DNA of 64,000 nucleotides from Mytilus trossulus (Eukaryota): NCBI RefSeq assembly GCF_036588685.1, contig NC_086380.1, positions 10,405,347 to 10,469,346 of the forward strand, read 5' to 3'. Shown piece by piece: positions 58,381 to 64,000 of this stretch (position 1 is its first letter; each line of letters starts with the position of its first letter). The notes under the pieces were generated by a model. It saw only the letters and a program-made list of their open reading frames with translations, ran no database searches and was not told where the DNA came from. The position numbers and the translations under genes were made by a program.

Positions 58381-61250
58381 CACATAAATGTTCACCAGTT
58401 GCATAGAAACTTTAGGGTTAAGTCCATTTAATCCATGGAGCACAGCTCCCATGAGGGCATACACTGTTTTCCTAGTTGTCTGAATTCTATTAGGTACACG
58501 ATCTTTCACACCATGTTTAGAATTGACATCATGATCTATACCCAGATGAGTCGCTTTTACAGAATTTTAAAGAAGTTGACCATTTAGGGTAAATAAATGT
58601 TCAGTTTTACTTCCATATTGTAGAGTACATGACTTCTGACTATTAATTATGTAGCGATGTTTATTTGCATAATCAGACAAGATATTTAACATTGTTTGCA
58701 TCTCATACGGGTTGTTGGAAACATCCTAAGTAACATCCTCGGCAACGGTGGGTATTCCAAAGTAAATAGAACCCACGTGAGCACCAGGACCATTCATTTC
58801 AAACGTTTTCAGTAGTGTATTTATGAAGACCTTATAGGCAATTGGGGACCAAACCCCATCCTGGAGAACACCCTGAAATTCGTGAACTGGTTTTGATTTG
58901 ATACTATGCCACATTACAGAAGACTTCAAGTTCTTATACCACTCATTGAAAAGTAACCAATTATCACCGGTCATTCCACATCTATACATTTCTCTCATTA
59001 GCCCAGATTGCACAAAATATAAAAAAGCTTATTGAGCATCACTAAAAGTTATGATAAATTGGTTTTTTTCTAATTTCTTAGCTTCAGCCTTGAGTTCGGT
59101 TAAGATTAATGCTGCTACAGAAGGAGATTCCCCTACTGTGAAGGCTTTTTGCAACCGACTTTGTTTATCTTTAATAATGTTCACATTTTTTGATAGATGA
59201 AGTTTTTCCACTACTTTTTCTAATAGTACTAGTTACGGTAATTTTACGATAAGAGTTAGGCATCTCTCTAGGTTTGTCCCCGTTTTTGAATACTGGATAA
59301 CATATACCACTTTTTAGATTAGATCGGAGTTTAATATGTTGAAAAATAAAGTTTCCTAATTTCACAATAATTGTAATAACAGGTTGGCCACTATATCTTA
59401 AATGTTCAATGGTAATACCTTGTTCATCAGCTGCTTTTCCATTTTTTGAGAGACATTATACACTTTCCCACAACATCCTCAGATAGAAATTCTAGGGGTT
59501 CTTTATTAGTGTTAAAAAGATCATGTAGTCACAAATAATCTTGTCATTATATCTAAGAACAGACGTTGATATATAGTTGTGGTCTCGTTGGCGTTTGATA
59601 AGTTTATAAAACAGTTTCACGAAGTTCCATTATATTGATAAAGTTTTCTTGACGTTTAGATGCTTCAAGCTGTCCCTGAGCAGACCTCAGATCTTTTATC
59701 GTTTGTTTCATCTCCTTAAAATGTTTGTATCTTTGCTTTTTGGTTGACCAGCTTTTTTCCATTTCCAAAAACAGTGTTTTTCTTTCCTAATGATATGGAA
59801 AATATGTGGAGCCTTTCCTACGAGTACGTGTTTCAGAATTTGTTTTGATGGGACAAGCTCTCTAGCTGTGTCAGTAACAATTTCACACAGATTATTTATA
59901 AAACTATCAAGCGATTTCAAATCTAAATTTTGGAGTTCAGAGTCCAGTGTATGGCTCAAAATTCTTTCATATTCATTAGTGTGAATTTTATTCCAGTCAA
60001 TTTTCCGCACACTCTTGTAATCTAAATTAGTCGGCTCATAAATAGACTTTTCCATTGGGACAGTTATAGTAATTGGATCATGTGTAGATGTGTTACACAG
60101 CTCTCTTGTCAGTACGTTATAGGACGTCACAATATCAGTATTAAGAAGAAAGTAATCAATTTGTGAAAAGTCTTTCCCATTAAAATGAAAAAAAGTTTCT
60201 TGTTCTTTACAAAGTTTACGTTAAGAGAGATTATGTTCATTAGCAAATAGATTAAAAGTCAATATCTCTAGTATTGCTACTGTTACGATAAAACGAGGTG
60301 TTCATATCTCCTCCAAGAATAATTGTATATGAGTTCATTCAATATCGCTTGGTAGTCATCACGGGAATATCCATATCCTCTTGATTGAAGGTATACACAT
60401 AACAAAAGTATTGGTTTGGCTAGTTTTAATAAAAACCCAATAATTCTGTTTCCACCATCCCGAATTTCTTTAAAAATTGATTGCAATGTTTGTCTATACA
60501 TAATTGAAACACCAGCATGACCCCGACTTCTTTGAATCGGAATATCGAATTTGTCATCAATAAGCATTTAGTATAAGATTTAAAAAGGTTAAAATTACCA
60601 TGAATTCTACATTTATCCCTAGAATGCAGCCAATGCTCTTGAAGCATAATAATGTAAAAATGTTCACTTAGATTTTGCAGATATACATTGTTGCTTAAAA
60701 ATCCTTAAATGTTAAAAGATAAAATACGTAAACTATCTACACCATTAACTTTATCTAACAAGTCCTGACCTGACCTAGACTTATTTCTTCACAGTCGGAG
60801 GGATGCATGCAAGGGGTGCTCGGATAAGATTGACACACCTTTCACTGTTGTTCAGTTGTGTATTTGCACATATCGGCACTTTTGGAGATACATGTAATGT
60901 TATATTTTGTACAGACTTCTTCCTGCACATGTCTAAAAAAGTACTTTCAATACTACCTGAAGTTACTTTTTCAGGGGTTTGCATTAAATAATTATCCATT
61001 TCATTTTCAAGGGGATCATTTATTATTACAACAGATTCATCCCATTTTACTGGCGTATAGAAATCATTATATTGATCATTGCAAAAATTGTGTAGAGAAC
61101 TGTTTTTCATATTTTCATTTATACCAGATGGTATATTATCAGCCTTTTTATGTGTTCGATGGCGATTATTGTTATTGTTGTTACCATTGCGCTATCGTCT
61201 ACCTCTTTGTTTCTCAGGGTTATGTTTGTTGTATATATGATGCATATGCA
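58330..61250 (-). mobile_element. Non-LTR (LINE) retrotransposon on the minus strand (APE endonuclease plus RT). It is fragmented and inserted into the LTR-element interior.
   Basis: Minus ORFs have endonuclease-like ...IPIQRSRGHAGVSIMYRQTL (60283..60567), RT motif 0/1 FKNGDKPREMPNSYRKITV (59171..59365) and RT motif FQGVLQDGVWSPIAYKVFINTLL (58726..59013, compare GVPQGSVLSPLLFNIYIN). Multiple frames indicate decay. Confidence 0.65.
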
Positions 61251-62229
61251 TTTCATTAACTTTATCTTCTAAGTTTGCCATTTTATTATCTTGCTTGATT
61301 ATATAAAATTCTAGAGACTAAATTCTTTGTTCAAAAAGCCAACATTAAATTAAATAACTATAAACCAAAATATACTTATTTGATTCACTACATGTACAAT
61401 AAAGTAGTCAATACGGTGAGGATTAATTCCCTGTCATTGATGTAACATTCACGCACAAACTTGTCCCATAATAAAATTATATCTGAACATTAACCTCACT
61501 TTCAGGTATAGAAATGTGTTGTTTTTTGTGAAACAAGTGCTTGTCGGACCATCCACAAGAACTCGCGGTCATCCAATGTTCAGTAGTTCAGTAATTTGAT
61601 TATCAATTAAATTCTCTTATCTACCTCGCACTAATTGAGATTTTATTTTTTTGAATATCTGTTTCTTATACATGTGACGACGGATATGTTCCAGTTGTCA
61701 TAACCATAATACCGTCATCTTTTCCACGATTTTGAACTACCAAAAAAAAAACAAATCACTGGGTTTATACTTCCACGAATAACACGACGGGTACACCACG
61801 ACAAGCAGAAACTCTTAACTTTCTGGGGCACATGAGATCGCCGTCGATGGATTTTTATTACCAAGTCATACCGATGTAATGAGTCAGCGAATCGAAACTG
61901 TTTTTTATGCCCCTGCAACATGGGGCACATTGTTTCAACCCCATACGTCCGTCCGACCCATTTTTGGTATATAGTTATTCCGCATAACTTATCATATAGT
62001 TTGAATATCAGGAAGATATCTCTCTACTGTCCAGAGCGTTTCCAGATTACTCCTTCTACAGTTTCATTGCTAGTAAGTTTTTACTCTGCTGGCTGTGTGT
62101 ACATATATTGAAGGTGCACATGTGGCCAGGGTTTTTAATTTTATTAATTTATGCTCTTTTGGGAGGTAATTGAACGTTGTATTGTTTTTAGGGTATGAGC
62201 AGTTACATGTTATAGTTATTTTTGAATTA

Positions 62230-62780
62230 CACATTGAATAATCAAAATCGAATAAGGATAAAAGGAACCGAATAAGGAAATGAAAATCGAATAATGAAAT
62301 AGAAACCGAACAAGGAAATGAAAATCGAATAAGGAAATAGAAACCGAAAAAGGAAATAGAAACCAAAAAAGGAAATAGAAACCAAATAAAGAAACAAAAA
62401 TTGAATAAGGAAAAACACAAACCGAATAAGGAAATGAAATCGAATAAGGAAGTAGAAACTGAATAAGGAGATAAAAATCGAATAAGGAAATAGAAACCGA
62501 AAAAAGGAAATAGAAACTGTATTAGGAAATAGAAACCGAAAAAGGAAATAGAAACTAGATAAGGAACTGAAAATCTAATAAGGAAATAGAAACCAAATAA
62601 GAAATGAGGGTAAAAAACTCAAGATGAAAACAAATTTTGGTTGGAAATTTTTTTTTGAGGAAAACAAATCTTTGAGGAAAAAAAACAAATTTTGAGGGCA
62701 AAAAAATTTGAGATTTTTTTTTTCAGAAAAAAATCTTTTATTTTGCGGAAAACAAATATTTTGTGTTTCAGTTTGGTCTT
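62230..62780 (-). repeat. Inverted copy of the 20-bp satellite (cgaataaggaaatagaaaccg units) plus the reverse complement of the cctcaaaa-rich stretch.
   Basis: It is the reverse complement of 54380-55150. Together the two blocks flank 55370-62200 in inverted orientation. Confidence 0.85.
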
Positions 62781-62814
62781 TGATACGGAAGCCCTGGAGT
62801 GCCATGCAAAAAAA

Positions 62815-62950
62815 AAATTTCAACTTGTGCGCACAAGTTACCAACTTGCGCGCACAAGTTACTATCTTGTGCGCACAGGTTACACAACTTGTGCGCACGA
62901 GTTACACAACTTGTCCGCACGAGTTACACAACTTGTGCGCACAAGTTGCA
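62815..62950. repeat. Tandem repeat of 20 bp, about 7 copies (cttgtgcgcacaagttacaca). Each unit contains the palindrome tgtgcgcaca.
   Basis: Directly visible. It is followed at 63000-63260 by a degenerate (atatgcacata.tt) tandem array of roughly 25 bp. Confidence 0.85.
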
Positions 62951-63628
62951 CGTATTCGTATAGACATGCGCTGTTTTGCTAGAGAGACTATTTATGGAAC
63001 GCTGTAGCTGCCGAATACAAACGTTTATATACATGAATGCACATACTTTTCAATGTCTGCACATTTTTTTTCTAGGTATACACATACTTTGCATATATAT
63101 GAACATAGTTTACTTTATATGCACTTATTTTTTATATATATATGCACATACCTCTCCTACATATGCACATAGTTAACCTCATATGCATATACTTTTTTTC
63201 TATATATGCACAGACTTATTCTACATATACTCAGTATATATGGACATAGTTTTTCAACGTGAGAATTACAATTCATATTATGCTTTTCTGGGTTTTTTTT
63301 CAAACTGAACTAAGCCTAAGGGTTCCAATATCATAAAAAGAATGTGAATTAAGAATTTCTTAATGATGCATGTTGTTCAATTAAGCAACTTTTGAAATCA
63401 TTTTCATATGAATGCAATACTATTTTGGCATGTATGATGGTATGGCGCTGTTGTCTTCATATATAGTCACTTGTTTTAATGCCATAACTTTGTATTTTGT
63501 ATGAGTCGTTTGTATTACATTTTAACACAAGGATTATTATCACTGATGGCGTGTTGAATTCAGTGATAACGGATCACAAGTTATATTAATGCATTTTAGC
63601 TACCGCTTTACAAGCAGAGCCAAATACA

Positions 63629-63970
63629 ATGAACGTTCCAACTATGAATTGGCTTCCGAAGCTACACAAAACACCTTACAAATATAGATTTGTTTCATCT
63701 TCAAGCCATTGTTACACAACTAAATTGTCTATTCTTCTTACCAGCACACTTGGTAGAATTAAAAACCTGATAATAAATTATTCAAATAAGGCTTTCGAAA
63801 ATAGTGGAATTAATTACTTTTGGAGTGTCGAGAACTCGTTGGAAGTAGTTGATAAATTGCATGCTTATATTGCTGATTTTCAATCTGTTCAAAGTTTTGA
63901 TTTTTCTACCCTGTATACCACATTGCCTCACATTCTCATTAAGAAAAAATTCACACACCTAATTAAATAG
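63629..63970 (+). mobile_element. Reverse-transcriptase N-terminal fragment, probably from a Penelope-like element (PLE) or LINE.
   Basis: The ORF begins MNVPTMNWLPKLHKTPYKYRFVSSSS. The LPKLHK...R.V.S motif resembles the GLPKIHK / P.RPIVS motif 1 of PLE and related RTs. It is truncated at the window end. Confidence 0.4.
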
Positions 63971-64000
63971 GCATTTAAAAAGTCAGAATGTGAATATATA

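Overview
This is eukaryotic nuclear DNA, AT-rich, intron-rich and heavily loaded with repeats. The repeat families and gene structure suggest an invertebrate, possibly a bivalve mollusc, but that is an inference. Three spliced plus-strand protein-coding genes can be reconstructed from the sequence, each with GT-AG boundaries and phase-consistent exons. The first (461-4181) is a two-exon gene encoding a ubiquitin-like domain that ends in LRLRGG and is fused directly to a Q-rich, tandem-repeat low-complexity protein. The second (about 5311-23483) has exons that encode near-verbatim pieces of the histone H3 N-terminal tail ([34 protein letters not shown]). An acidic stretch interrupts them, and the last exon carries Pol II CTD-like YxPTxPx heptads and a long RS/SR-rich domain, with no histone fold. 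This looks like an undescribed H3-tail / CTD mimic. Its roughly 11 kb intron holds a tyrosine-recombinase retrotransposon of the DIRS type and a LINE fragment. The third (26888-33069) comprises the first eight exons of clathrin heavy chain, which encode the N-terminal beta-propeller domain. No canonical downstream clathrin exons could be recognised in the remaining window. The rest is transposon and satellite landscape: MITE-like palindromes, a SINE-like family, an LTR-retrotransposon interior (Gypsy or BEL type, gag-pro-RT-RH) interrupted by a minus-strand LINE and flanked by inverted 20-bp satellite blocks, a Tc1/mariner remnant, and a reverse-transcriptase fragment of the Penelope-like type. 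There are also several tandem satellites, a roughly 750-bp palindrome and a pair of 180-bp inverted repeats enclosing 4.3 kb. No rRNA, bona fide tRNA or CRISPR array was seen. All similarity statements come from reading translations by eye against remembered family motifs. No searches were run.
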